Source: Phyllobates terribilis (taxonomy: Eukaryota). Taken from it: a DNA stretch of 64,000 nt. Shown piece after piece: positions 36,901-52,977 of the stretch. The notes beneath the pieces were generated by a model. It made no database searches, was not told the DNA's origin, and saw only the letters and a program-made list of their open reading frames with translations. Positions within the stretch are counted from its first letter, which is position 1; each line of letters starts with the position of its first letter. A program made the position numbers and the translations under genes. Where the stretch lies: contig NW_027362767.1 of the NCBI RefSeq assembly GCF_046119375.1, positions 135,036,001 to 135,100,000 of the forward strand, given 5' to 3'.

Positions 36901-39890
36901 TCCACCCAGGAGCCACCAGGGAAGGGGAGGCTCTCCACCCAGGAGCCACCAGGAAAGGGGAGGCTCTCCACCCAGGAGCCACCAGGGAAGGGGAGGCTCT
37001 CCACCCAGGAGCCACCAGGGAAGGGGAGGCTCTCCACCCAGGAGCCACCAGGGAAGGGGAGGCTCTCCACCCAGGAGCCACCAGGGAAGGGGAGGCTCTC
37101 CACCCAGGAGCCACCAGGGAAGGGGAGGCTCTCCACCCAGGAGCCACCAGGGAAGGGGAGGCTCTCCACCCAGGAGCCACCAGGGAAGGGGAGGTACTCC
37201 ACCTGGGTAGGGGAGGCACCCTTCCCGGGACCCAGGAGCCACCAGGGTAGGGGAGGCACCCGACCCGGGACCCAGGAGCCACCAGGGAAGGGAAGGCACC
37301 CCACCCGGGAGCCACCAGGGTAGGAGAGGCACTCGACCCAGGAGACACTCCACCCGGGAGCCACCAGGGCAGGGAGGCACTCCACCCGGGAGCCACCAGG
37401 GAAGGGGAGGCACTCCACCCGAGAGCCACCAGGGAAGGGGAGGCACTCCACCCAGGAGACACTCCACCCGGGAGGGAGAGGCACATGGCCCAGGAGACCC
37501 TCCACCCGGGAGCCACCAGGGAGGGGGAGGTACTCGGCCCAGGAGACCCTCCACCCGGGAGCCACCAGGGAAGGGGAGGCACTCGGCCCAGGAGCCACTC
37601 CACCCGGGAGCCAGCAGGGAAGGGGAGGCACTCCACCCAGGAGCCACCAGGGAAGGGGAGGCTCTCCACCCAGGAGCCACCAGGGAAGGGGAGGCTCTCC
37701 ACCCAGGAGCCACCAGGAAAGGGGAGGCTCTCCACCCAGGAGCCACCAGGGAAGGGGAGGCTCTCCACCCAGGAGCCACCAGGAAAGGGGAGGCTCTCCA
37801 CCCAGGAGCCACCAGGGAAGGGGAGGCTCTCCACCCAGGAGCCACCAGGGAAGGGGAGGCTCTCCACCCAGGAGCCACCAGGGAAGGGGAGGCTCTCCAC
37901 CCAGGAGCCACCAGGGAAGGGGAGGCTCTCCACCCAGGAGCCACCAGGGAAGGGGAGGTACTCCACCTGGGTAGGGGAGGCACCCTTCCCGGGACCCAGG
38001 AGCCACCAGGGTAGGGGAGGCACCCGACCCGGGACCCAGGAGCCACCAGGGAAGGGAAGGCACCCCACCCGGGAGCCACCAGGGTAGGAGAGGCACTCGA
38101 CCCAGGAGACACTCCACCCGGGAGCCACCAGGGCAGGGAGGCACTCCACCCGGGAGCCACCAGGGAAGGGGAGGCACTCCACCCGAGAGCCACCAGGGAA
38201 GGGGAGGCACTCCACCCGAGAGCCACCAGGGAAGGGGAGGCACTCCACCCGAGAGCCACCAGGGAAGGGGAGGCACTCCACCCGAGAGCCACCAGGGAAG
38301 GGGAGGCACTCCACCCGAGAGCCACTAGGGAAGGGGAGGCACTCCACCCGAGAGCCACCAGGGAAGGGGAGGCACTCCACCCGAGAGCCACCAGGGAAGG
38401 GGAGGCACTCCACCCGAGAGCCACCAGGGAAGGGGAGGCACTCCACCCGGGAGCCACCAGGGAAGGGGAGGCACTCCACCCGGGAGCCACCAGGGAAGGG
38501 GAGGCACTCCACCAGGGAAGGGGAGGCACTCCACCCGGGAGCCACCAGGGAAGGGGAGGCACTCCACCAGGGAAGGGGAGGCACTCCACCCGGGAGCCAC
38601 CAGGGAAGGGGAGGCACTCCGCCCGGGAGCCACCAGGGAAGGGGAGGCACTCGGCCCAGGAGACACTTCACGCAGGAGCCACCAGGGAAGGGGAGGCACT
38701 CGGCCCAGGAGACACTTCACACAGGAGCCACCAGGGAAGGGGAGGCCCTCGAGCCAGGAGACACTTCACGCAGGAGCCACCAGGGAAGGGGAGGCACTCG
38801 GCCCAGGAGACACTTCACGCAGGAGCCACCAGGGAAGGGGAGGCACTCGGCCCAGGAGACACTTCACGCAGGAGCCACCAGGGAAGGGGAGGCACTCCAC
38901 CCGTGACCCAGGATCCACCAGGGAAAGGGAGGCACACGGCCCAGGAGACATTCCACCCAGGAGCCACCAGGGAAGGGGAGGCACCCCACCCAGGAGCCAC
39001 CAGGGAAGGGGAGGCACTCGGCCCAGGAGACACTTCACGCAGGAGCCACCAGGGAAGGGGAGGCACTCGGCCCAGGAGACACTTCACGCAGGAGCCACCA
39101 GGGAAGGGGAGGCACTCGGCCCAGGAGACACTTCACGCTGGAGCCACCAGGGAAGGGGAGGCACTCGGCCCAGGAGACACTTCACGCAGGAGCCGCCAGG
39201 GAAGGGGAGGCACTCGGCCCGGGAGCCGCCAGGGAAGGGGAGGCACTCGGCCCGGGAGCCGCCAGGGAAGGGGAGGCACTCGGCCCGGGAGCCGCCAGGG
39301 AAGGGGAGGCACTCGGCCCGGGAGCCGCCAGGGAAGGGGAGGCACTCGGCCCGGGAGCCGCCAGGGAAGGGGAGGCACTCGGCCCGGGAGCCGCCAGGGA
39401 AGGGGAGGCACTCGGCCCGGGAGCCGCCAGGGAAGGGGAGGCACTCGGCCCGGGAGCCGCCAGGGAAGGGGAGGCACTCGGACCGGGAGCCACCAGGGAA
39501 GGGGAGGCACTCGGCCCGGGAGCCACCAGGGAAGGGGAGGCACTCGGCCCGGGAGCCACCACTTTAGGGGAGGCACTCGGCCCAGGAGCCACCACGGAAG
39601 GGGGGGCACTCGGCCCAGGAGACACTCCACCCATGAGCCACCAGAGAAGGGGAGGCACTCCACCCGTGAACCAGGAGCCACCAGGGAAAGGGAGGCACTC
39701 TGCCCAGGAGACACTTCACGCAGGAGCCACCAGGAAAGGGGAGGCACTCCACACTGAAGACACTCCTCTCAGCAGCCACCAGGGAAGGGGAGGCACTTCA
39801 CCCAGAAGCCACCAGGGAAGGGGAGGCACTCCACCCGGGAGCCACCAGGGAAGGGGAGGCACTCCACCCGGGAGCCACCAGGGAAGGGGA
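30940..39890. repeat. ~9 kb G-rich 33-bp minisatellite with variant blocks
   Basis: Core ggagccaccagggaaggggaggcactccacccg, with 40-bp and other variants and internal block duplications (e.g. 764-bp offset 36721/37485). Confidence 0.97.
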
Positions 39891-40135
39891 GCGCACGTTG
39901 GCTCAGTAATTAGCACTGCAGCCTTACAGCGCTGGGGTCCTGGGTTCAAATCCCACCAAGGACAACATCTGCAAGGAGTTTGTCTGTTCTCCCCGTGTTT
40001 GTGTGGGTTTTCTCCAGGTTCTCCGGTTTCCTCCCACACTCTAAAGACATACTGATGGTGAATGTAGATTGTGAGCCCCAATGGGGACAGCGATGCTGAT
40101 GTCTGTAAAGCACTGTGAAATTGATGGCGCTATAT
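39887..40135 (+). mobile_element. tRNA-derived V-SINE
   Basis: A-box tggctcagt and B-box gggttcaaatcc (~39942). Central V-domain-like gagtttg..tgttctccccgtgt..gtgggtttt.tcc.g.t.ctccggtttcctcccac. L2-like tail ending gcgctatata. Confidence 0.85.
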
Positions 40136-40136
40136 A

Positions 40137-41432
40137 CAGTTGGTACGGAAAGTATTCAGACTGCTTTAAATTTTTCACTCTTTGTTTCATTGCAGCCATT
40201 TGGTAAATTCTAAAAAGTTCATTTTTTTCCTCATTAAAGTGCACGCTGCACCCCATCTTGACTGAAAAAAAACAGAAATGTAGAATTTTTTGCAAATTTA
40301 TTAAAAAAAGAAAACTGAAATAACACATGGGTCATAAGTATTCAGACCCTTTGCTCAGTATTGAGTAGAAGCCCCCTTTTGAGCTAGTACAGCCATGAGT
40401 CTTCTTGGGAATGATGCTTTAAGTTTTTCAAACCTGGATTTGGGGATCCTCTGCCATTCTTCTTTTCAGATCCTCTCCAGTTTCGTCAGGTTGGATGGTG
40501 AACGTTGGTGGACAGCCATTTTCAGGTCTCTCCAGAGATGCTCAATTGGGTTTAGGCCAGGGATCTGGCTTGGCCAGTCAAGAATGGTCACAGAGTTGTT
40601 CTGAAGCCACTCCTTTGTTATTTTAGCTGTGTGCTTAGGGTCGTTGTCTTTTAAGAAGGTGAACCTTCAGCAAAGTCTGAGGTCCAGAGCACTCTGGAAG
40701 AGGTTTTCATCCAGGATTTCTCTGTACTTGGCCGCATTCATTTTTCCTTCAATTACAACCAGTCGTCCTGTCCCTGCAGCTAAAAAACACCCCCGTAGCA
40801 TGATGCTGGCACCACCATGTTTCACTGTTGGGATTGTATTGGGTAGGTGATGAGCAGTGCCTGGTTTTTCTCCACACATACCGCTTAGAAATATCACCAA
40901 AACGGTCTATCTTTGTCTCATCAGACCAGAGAATCTTATATCTCATAGTCTAGGAGTCCTTCATGTGTTTTTGAGCAAACTCTATGCGGGCTTTCATATG
41001 TCTTGCACTGAGCAGAGGCTTCCGTCGGGCCACTCTGCCATAAAGGCCCGACTGGTGGAGGGCTGCAGTGATAGTTGACTTTGTGGAACTTTCTCTCATC
41101 TCCCTACTGCGTCTCTGGAGCTCAGCCACAGTGATCTTGGGGTCCTTCTTTACCTCTCTCACCAAGGCTCTTCTCCCATGATTGCTCAGTTTGGCTGGAC
41201 GGCCAGGTCTAAGAAGACTTCTGGTGGTCCCAAACTTCTTCCATTTAAGGATTATGGAGGCCACTGTGCTCTTAGGAACCCGGAGTAATGCAGACATTCT
41301 TTTGTAACCTTGGCCAGATCTGTGCCTTGCCACAATTCTGTCTCTGAGCTCCTTGGGCAGTTCCTTTGAGCTCATAATTCTCATTTGGTCTGACATGCAC
41401 TGTGAGCTGTGAGATCTTATATAGACAGGTGT
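40137..41432 (-). mobile_element. Tc1 transposon, one end missing
   Basis: Terminal cagttggtacggaaagtattcag after TA. Paired-like domain ORF 40950-41396 (GRPAKLS, LYGRVARRKPLL) and DDE remnants ([14 protein letters not shown]). The second TIR is absent. Confidence 0.9.
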
Positions 41433-41859
41433 ACAGGAGGCGTCTACGGCTCGTGGTGGGGGTACATGGCTAAGGCGGCCTCCTCAAGAATTTGGCGTAT
41501 CGTTCAGCCGCCATGTAAGAAATGGACACCATAAATAAACGTCAAAAGTCACAACTGGCAGCTGGTAACCGGCCGCTGCAGCCCCAGATACAGTGTTCAG
41601 TGAGGTAGAAAGCTATCCAGAAAAATATAAACGTTATTGTGTGCCCCCCCAGTGCTAGGCATCACAGGACATGTCCTGACTTGTCTCCTCCATTGCTCTG
41701 CCTTATGTTTGGTTCCCGGGCCCCACAGTCACCCTGCCCCCAGTCGTCTACCCTCTGTCTGGGTGACACAAAGCTTCCTGGACGCCTTATGTGCCCCCCA
41801 CACCAACTTCTGCCCCCAATACCCACGATAATTCATCATAAAGATTGCCAATGACCTTC

Positions 41860-41979
41860 CTAAGATGGCGGGCCGGCGCCTCCATTACGTCACTTCCGGG
41901 CTCTGTGGCCGCTGTACCTTATATACAGCGTTCCGCTTCCGGTCTCCCTCCTTTTCTGCAGCGGCCGCGTCTTGAGAAC
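41860..41979 (+). promoter_or_regulatory. RPS27: RPS27 core promoter and 5' TOP leader
   Basis: YY1 motif AAGATGGCGG (~41863), CRE-like TTACGTCA with ETS/GABP CTTCCGG (~41886-41899 and ~41937), TATATA ~30 nt before the pyrimidine tract CTCCCTCCTTTTC (~41944-41956). Second YY1-like motif in intron 1 (~42125). Locally CpG-rich. This is typical ribosomal-protein gene architecture. Confidence 0.8.
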
Positions 41980-45137
<3,158 letters not shown>

Positions 45138-45519
45138 ATGTGGACGCTCCGGATCCGTGCGGTGGCGGTGCCCTTTACGTCTGGAGAGCGGACTACACAT
45201 GGCGAGGGGCCAGGCTCTGATCACACCAGGATACTGTAGCCTGTACCCCGACTGTCAATAAATTTTGGATACAATTTGACTTTTGCGTGTTCAGTATGTT
45301 ATTTCCAGGAGGCGGGGGGTGCCTCCTCTTCATTCTGTCAATTAAACATCATTGAATGATCCTGCTGATTTGTGTTCATGTGAGTGCGGCTCCTGGGGAG
45401 GGTCCATAACAGAATGGAATGGGAACTTCTATGGTGAGAAATTGGGCAATACCTGGGGGAAGGGAGATGATGTACAAGTTGTGTTCAGTAAGTAATCTAC
45501 CCCGTGTTCTGTCAGATGA

Positions 45520-46450
45520 ACTACATCGTGAGCACAGTATAGAAGTCTGATGAAAGCACTGGAAGTGACAGGATGGCAAGTGCAGTACAATGCAGCTTTA
45601 CACAAAAAAAAGTGAAGGATTTTGAGCTTTCTTCTGTGGTGAAATGCCTTACAAAGGAAGAAAAGCCTAAAGAAATCCATAAAGATGATTGCTGTATGTG
45701 GGGGTGATGCACCTTTTGGTCAAAGCTTCTTCAGAGGAAATGTTCCATAAATTGGAGGTTGTAACTTTGGAATATAGTTTAGTGCGTTATAGCTCATGAA
45801 TTAGGCTTTTTAAGTTGGTATGGTTTCCAGTCTTATTGTCAGTTCATGGTGGGTGCCACCAAGGTTGAACAATTTAGGCGAGTGACTTATTCTCAAATTA
45901 CTATGGGTGATGAAACATGGGTTCACCACCATGATCCTGAGATTAAACCAAGGGTGGACTGGATGCATGAGGAGTGCTGAGCGAGCGTGCTGATATTTTG
46001 TCAGTAAGGCTTAACACTAGTGTCCAGCAGTCAGCTGGGAAGATCATGGCAACAGGTTTTTGGGATACAGAAGGTGTTCTAGTAGAATTCATGCCACACA
46101 ACAATCACTGGAGACTCCGATGCTCCAACAATGGAGCCGTTATGAGGCAGATGTGTTGTTGCTTTACGATAATGCAGCAGCTCATACATCACAAGCCGCT
46201 ATCGGGAATGTCCACCCGCCAGTCCAGATCTGACTCCCAGTGATTATTTCTATTCTGGAACCTGAAGACATTTTCCTGATAATGCAGCAAGAAGTCTTTG
46301 TTCTGTGCAGATGAAATGCTGGCGCATACTGCATGTCTGGCCTCATAGAGGTCGTCTGTTCCGAATCCCTGGGACGCAGAGGAATATACAGCTGATGGTG
46401 CTTTGAAGAACCACACAACAGTCTCCAATAGGACCAGTGACATTTAATCA
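45520..46450 (+). mobile_element. Degenerate mariner transposase remnant
   Basis: Motifs MGDETWVHHHDPE (~45903), SAGKIMATGFWD (~46030), DNAAAH (~46168) and SPDLTPSDY (~46221), with frameshifts. Ends are approximate. Confidence 0.85.
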
Positions 46451-47349
46451 GAAGCGCTGTGATATACCAGCTCCCCCTTCCAAGATTTATTGCACAGGAG
46501 GGGGGATTGGGGTCCTAAAATCCTATAAGTAATGGTTCGTTCAGGTACACACACTATTTTTCCCTTCCAGTCTTAAAAGGGACCACAACTGTATTGTGGT
46601 TCGTACCTACCTCCCCGGTCAGTTGACACCTTCATCTTACACAGGCATTGACCCATCTGTACCCCTATACCAAGCTCATCACCAGTGAAGAAGATTTGGT
46701 CCCTAAAATAGTTGCCTTGGCAGCAAAATAGACTTGTGGTACAACCCATTTTAATTCTGGAGTATTGAGGTTTAGTAGAGATGCATCCTCACTGCAAGAC
46801 TGCTCAGAGCAAATCCTGTCCTAACCACCAGGGGGAGACATTGATCCAAGCAGCAATTTAAAGTGAAGGTGCCACAATTTTTATTTTTGTATTATTAATG
46901 GAAATATATATTTACTACTTAATAGTTCAATTTTTACTTTAGCCACTGGGGGCTACCATTTGCATTTGGGGGTGTGCAAGTGTCTGAGCACGACACCTCA
47001 AATACGGCATCCCCTGGGCACAGGAGACTGCAGTTGCTGTCTGACCGCATCTCTCGTATTGAGGCTGTGAACCGGGCTATCCAAGTCATCGCTGTGGGAG
47101 ATGGGCACCATCTTTGTGTAGCCCACAATGTATGCTGCACTTTCTCCCGGTCATTGCCCACACTGCTCAGTGCATGCTATGACAGGAGCCTGTGGGCAGA
47201 GGAGGTATCAGAAGATTGGGGTGATGTGGGGAGCGATGATCATATCATGTCAGTGATCACCGCCAACATATCAGGATAGGGACACGTGCTGGAATGGGGA
47301 CATACCAGAATGGAATACATATACTAACATAAGGGACATATACCCAGAC

Positions 47350-47530
47350 ATTACCCTCACCTACTGTATCACCACCCATCCCTTGTAGACTGAGCCCTTA
47401 CGGGCAGGGTCCTCGCTCCTCCGCTACCAGTCACTGACTTTTATTGCTCATGATTATTGTACTTGTTTTTCATTATATACACTCCTTTTAACATGTAAAG
47501 CACCATGGAATAAATAGCGCTATAATAATA
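47350..47530 (+). mobile_element. L2-type LINE 3' tail
   Basis: Homologous to ~720-895. Confidence 0.65.
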
Positions 47531-48469
47531 TACCAGGATGGGGACAAATATAGTGTGGGGCACATTATTCTGTGGGGCCACTATACAGTGTAGTGCAGTT
47601 ACTGACATCACCAGTGGCCCCCGGAGTGGCTGCGGCTACAGCCTGTGGAGCTTGGTTTTCTAACAAGACGCCATAGCCTTTGGACGTCAGATTCAGGGAT
47701 CGTTGTGGGAACACCAAGGGCTACGTCAGACCTGCGTGGGAACTTTTTGTTTTCTAATAAATTGGTGAACAGGGGTCAGTGTCTTGTCTTTATTTCTCTC
47801 CTTTTAATGTTTTACAGATTACTATGGTAGACCATTACTGGGTTCGTAAGAAACCTCTCCATTATTTACTGCAGGGCTTGATGCTGGATGTGATTTTTGA
47901 CAATTCACAGCTGACATCAACCCCAACTACCATTACCCAAATTGCCACCGCACCAGGGCAATTGGGAAGAGCCGGGCAAAGTGCCAGAATTGGAGATCTC
48001 CTGTGATGTGCCACTTCTGAGGCGGCTACGGGCTATTTTTTTTTAGGCTGGGAAGGGTCCAATAACCAGGGACCTTCCCAGCCTGATGGTATCAGCTCGC
48101 AGCTGTTTGCTTTACCTTTGCTGGCTACCAAAAATAGGGGGCACGCCACGTCATTTTTTTTTTTTATTTATTAGGGTAAATAAGGCTAAACACCATTTAG
48201 TGTCACATGAAAGACACTAAAGCATGCAAGTTTATTTTATGTAGGGGGGCTTGTGAAATTATTATCTGCAGGATATTATGTATTCACTGGACTATATGGG
48301 GAATCTAGGGAGTTCAATAAGATGGAAATTACTTTGTTCAAAGTTATGATATGTTTTTATGTGACCCTGCTCATTTATTTTTGATTTATTTCCCATACAA
48401 GTGAACATAGAGTCACACATTTCTAAGACAGCAGTGGTGTAGTGTGTGACCTTTCTCCGTCCCCTACAT

Positions 48470-51400
48470 TACTGCTCCCATAGATGTAGACAGCAGGGTC
48501 ACACGTTACACCACTGCTCCCATAGATGTAGACAGCAGGGTCACACGTTACACCACTGCTCCCATAGATGTAGACAGCAGGGTCACACGTTACACCTCTG
48601 CTCCCACAGATGTAGACAGCAGGGTCACACGTTACACCTCTGCTCCCATAGATGTAGACAGCAGGGTCACACGTTACACCTCTGCTCCCATAGATGTAGA
48701 CAGCAGGGTCACACGTTACACCTCTGCTCCCATAGATGTAGACAGCAGGGTCACACGTTACACCACTGCTCCCATAGATGTAGACAGCAGGGTCACACGT
48801 TACACCACTGCTCCCATAGATGTAGACAGCAGGGTCACACGTTACACCACTGCTCCCATAGATGTAGACAGCAGGGTCACACGTTACACCTCTGCTCCCA
48901 TAGATGTAGACAGCAGGGTCACACGTTACACCACTGCTCCCATAGATGTAGACAGCAGGGTCACACGTTACACCACTGCTCCCATAGATGTAGACAGCAG
49001 GGTCACACGTTACACCACTGCTCCCATAGATGTAGACAGCAGGGTCACACGTTACACCACTGCTCCCATAGATGTAGACAGCAGGGTCACACGTTACACC
49101 ACTGCTCCCATAGATGTAGACAGCAGGGTCACACGTTACACCACTGCTCCCATAGATGTAGACAGCAGGGTCACACGTTACACCTCTGCTCCCATAGATG
49201 TAGACAGCAGGGTCACACGTTACACCTCTGCTCCCATAGATGTAGACAGCAGGGTCACACGTTACACCACTGCTCCCATAGATGTAGACAGCAGGGTCAC
49301 ACGTTACACCACTGCTCCCATAGATGTAGACAGCAGGGTCACACGTTACACCACTGCTCCCATAGATGTAGACAGCAGGGTCACACGTTACACCACTGCT
49401 CCCATAGATGTAGACAGCAGGGTCACACGTTACACCACTGCTCCCATAGATGTAGACAGCAGGGTCACACGTTACACCACTGCTCCCATAGATGTAGACA
49501 GCAGGGTCACACGTTACACCTCTGCTCCCATAGATGTAGACAGCAGGGTCACACGTTACACCTCTGCTCCCATAGATGTAGACAGCAGGGTCACACGTTA
49601 CACCACTGCTCCCATAGATGTAGACAGCAGGGTCACACGTTACACCTCTGCTCCCATAGATGTTGACAGCAGGGTCACACGTTACACCACTGCTCCCATA
49701 GATGTAGACAGCAGGGTCACACGTTACACCACTGCTCCCATAGATGTAGACAGCAGGGTCACACGTTACACCACTGCTCCCATAGATGTAGACAGCAGGG
49801 TCACACGTTACACCACTGCTCCCATAGATGTAGACAGCAGGGTCACACGTTACACCACTGCTCCCATAGATGTAGACAGCAGGGTCACACGTTACACCAC
49901 TGCTCCCATAGATGTAGACAGCAGGGTCACACGTTACACCTCTGCTCCCATAGATGTAGACAGCAGGGTCACGCGTTACACCTCTGCTCCCACAGATGTA
50001 GACAGCAGGGTCACACGTTACACCTCTGCTCCCATAGATGTAGACAGCAGGGTCACACGTTACACCACTGCTCCCATAGATGTAGACAGCAGGGTCACAC
50101 GTTACACCTCTGCTCCCATAGATGTAGACAGCAGGGTCACACGTTACACCACTGCTCCCATAGATGTAGACAGCAGGGTCACACGTTACACCACTGCTCC
50201 CATAGATGTAGACAGCAGGGTCACACGTTACACCTCTGCTCCCATAGATGTAGACAGCAGGGTCACACGTTACACCTCTGCTCCCATAGATGTAGACAGC
50301 AGGGTCACACGTTACACCACTGCTCCCATAGATGTAGACAGCAGGGTCACACGTTACACCTCTGCTCCCATAGATGTTGACAGCAGGGTCACACGTTACA
50401 CCACTGCTCCCATAGATGTAGACAGCAGGGTCACACGTTACACCTCTGCTCCCATAGATGTAGACAGCAGGGTCACACGTTACACCTCTGCTCCCATAGA
50501 TGTAGACAGCAGGGTCACACGTTACACCTCTGCTCCCATAGATGTTGACAGCAGGGTCACACGTTACACCACTGCTCCCATAGATGTAGACAGCAGGGTC
50601 ACACGTTACACCACTGCTCCCATAGATGTAGACAGCAGGGTCACACGTTACACCACTGCTCCCATAGATGTAGACAGCAGGGTCACACGTTACACCACTG
50701 CTCCCATAGATGTAGACAGCAGGGTCACACGTTACACCACTGCTCCCATAGATGTAGACAGCAGGGTCACACGTTACACCACTGCTCCCATAGATGTAGA
50801 CAGCAGGGTCACACGTTACACCACTGCTCCCATAGATGTAGACAGCAGGGTCACACGTTACACCACTGCTCCCATAGATGTAGACAGCAGGGTCACACGT
50901 TACACCACTGCTCCCATAGATGTAGACAGCAGGGTCACACGTTACACCACTGCTCCCATAGATGTAGACAGCAGGGTCACACGTTACACCACTGCTCCCA
51001 TAGATGTAGACAGCAGGGTCACACGTTACACCACTGCTCCCATAGATGTAGACAGCAGGGTCACACGTTACACCTCTGCTCCCATAGATGTAGACAGCAG
51101 GGTCACACGTTACACCTCTGCTCCCATAGATGTAGACAGCAGGGTCACACGTTACACCACTGCTCCCATAGATGTAGACAGCAGGGTCACACGTTACACC
51201 ACTGCTCCCATAGATGTAGACAGCAGGGTCACACGTTACACCACTGCTCCCATAGATGTAGACAGCAGGGTCACACGTTACACCACTGCTCCCATAGATG
51301 TAGACAGCAGGGTCACACGTTACACCACTGCTCCCATAGATGTAGACAGCAGGGTCACACGTTACACCACTGCTCCCATAGATGTAGACAGCAGGGTCAC

Positions 51401-52977
51401 ACGTTACACCTCTGCTCCCATAGATGTAGACAGCAGGGTCACACGTTACACCTCTGCTCCCATAGATGTAGACAGCAGGGTCACACGTTACACCACTGCT
51501 CCCATAGATGTAGACAGCAGGGTCACACGTTACACCTCTGCTCCCATAGATGTTGACAGCAGGGTCACACGTTACACCACTGCTCCCATAGATGTAGACA
51601 GCAGGGTCACACGTTACACCACTGCTCCCATAGATGTAGACAGCAGGGTCACACGTTACACCACTGCTCCCATAGATGTAGACAGCAGGGTCACACGTTA
51701 CACCACTGCTCCCATAGATGTAGACAGCAGGGTCACACGTTACACCACTGCTCCCATAGATGTAGACAGCAGGGTCACACGTTACACCACTGCTCCCATA
51801 GATGTAGACAGCAGGGTCACACGTTACACCTCTGCTCCCATAGATGTAGACAGCAGGGTCACGCGTTACACCTCTGCTCCCACAGATGTAGACAGCAGGG
51901 TCACACGTTACACCTCTGCTCCCACAGATGTAGACAGCAGGGTCACACGTTACACCACTGCTCCCATAGATGTAGACAGCAGGGTCACACGTTACACCTC
52001 TGCTCCCATAGATGTAGACAGCAGGGTCACACGTTACACCACTGCTCCCATAGATGTAGACAGCAGGGTCACACGTTACACCTCTGCTCCCATAGATGTA
52101 GACAGCAGGGTCACACGTTACACCTCTGCTCCCATAGATGTAGACAGCAGGGTCACACGTTACACCACTGCTCCCATAGATGTAGACAGCAGGGTCACAC
52201 GTTACACCTCTGCTCCCATAGATGTTGACAGCAGGGTCACACGTTACACCACTGCTCCCATAGATGTAGACAGCAGGGTCACACGTTACACCACTGCTCC
52301 CATAGATGTAGACAGCAGGGTCACACGTTACACCACTGCTCCCATAGATGTAGACAGCAGGGTCACACGTTACACCTCTGCTCCCATAGATGTAGACAGC
52401 AGGGTCACACGTTACACCTCTGCTCCCATAGATGTAGACAGCAGGGTCACACGTTACACCTCTGCTCCCACAGATGTAGACAGCAGGGTCACACGTTACA
52501 CCTCTGCTCCCATAGATGTAGACAGCAGGGTCACACGTTACACCACTGCTCCCATAGATGTAGACAGCAGGGTCACACGTTACACCTCTGCTCCCATAGA
52601 TGTAGACAGCAGGGTCACACGTTACACCACTGCTCCCATAGATGTAGACAGCAGGGTCACACGTTACACCTCTGCTCCCATAGATGTAGACAGCAGGGTC
52701 ACACGTTACACCACTGCTCCCATAGATGTAGACAGCAGGGTCACACGTTACACCTCTGCTCCCATAGATGTAGACAGCAGGGTCACACGTTACACCACTG
52801 CTCCCATAGATGTAGACAGCAGGGTCACACGTTACACCTCTGCTCCCATAGATGTAGACAGCAGGGTCACACGTTACACCACTGCTCCCATAGATGTAGA
52901 CAGCAGGGTCACACGTTACACCTCTGCTCCCATAGATGTAGACAGCAGGGTCACACGTTACACCTCTGCTCCCATAG
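48470..52977. repeat. 42-bp satellite, ~107 near-identical copies
   Basis: cccatagatgtagacagcagggtcacacgttacacc(a/t)ctgct. Confidence 0.98.

Noticed and set aside
31038-39757. Very long Pro/Gly/Trp-rich ORFs (up to 1228 aa) on both strands
   Set aside because: They are translations of a 33-bp unit that lacks stops in several frames. They overlap in all frames and have no unique domain.
39887-39960. tRNA gene
   Set aside because: A and B boxes are present but no cloverleaf can be formed, and the sequence continues into a SINE body and tail.
48446-49666. 406-aa His/Cys-rich ORF (HRCRQQGHTLHHCS)n resembling a metal-binding protein
   Set aside because: It is the 42-bp satellite read in a stop-free frame, and it ends at a single-base unit variant (gtag to gttg).
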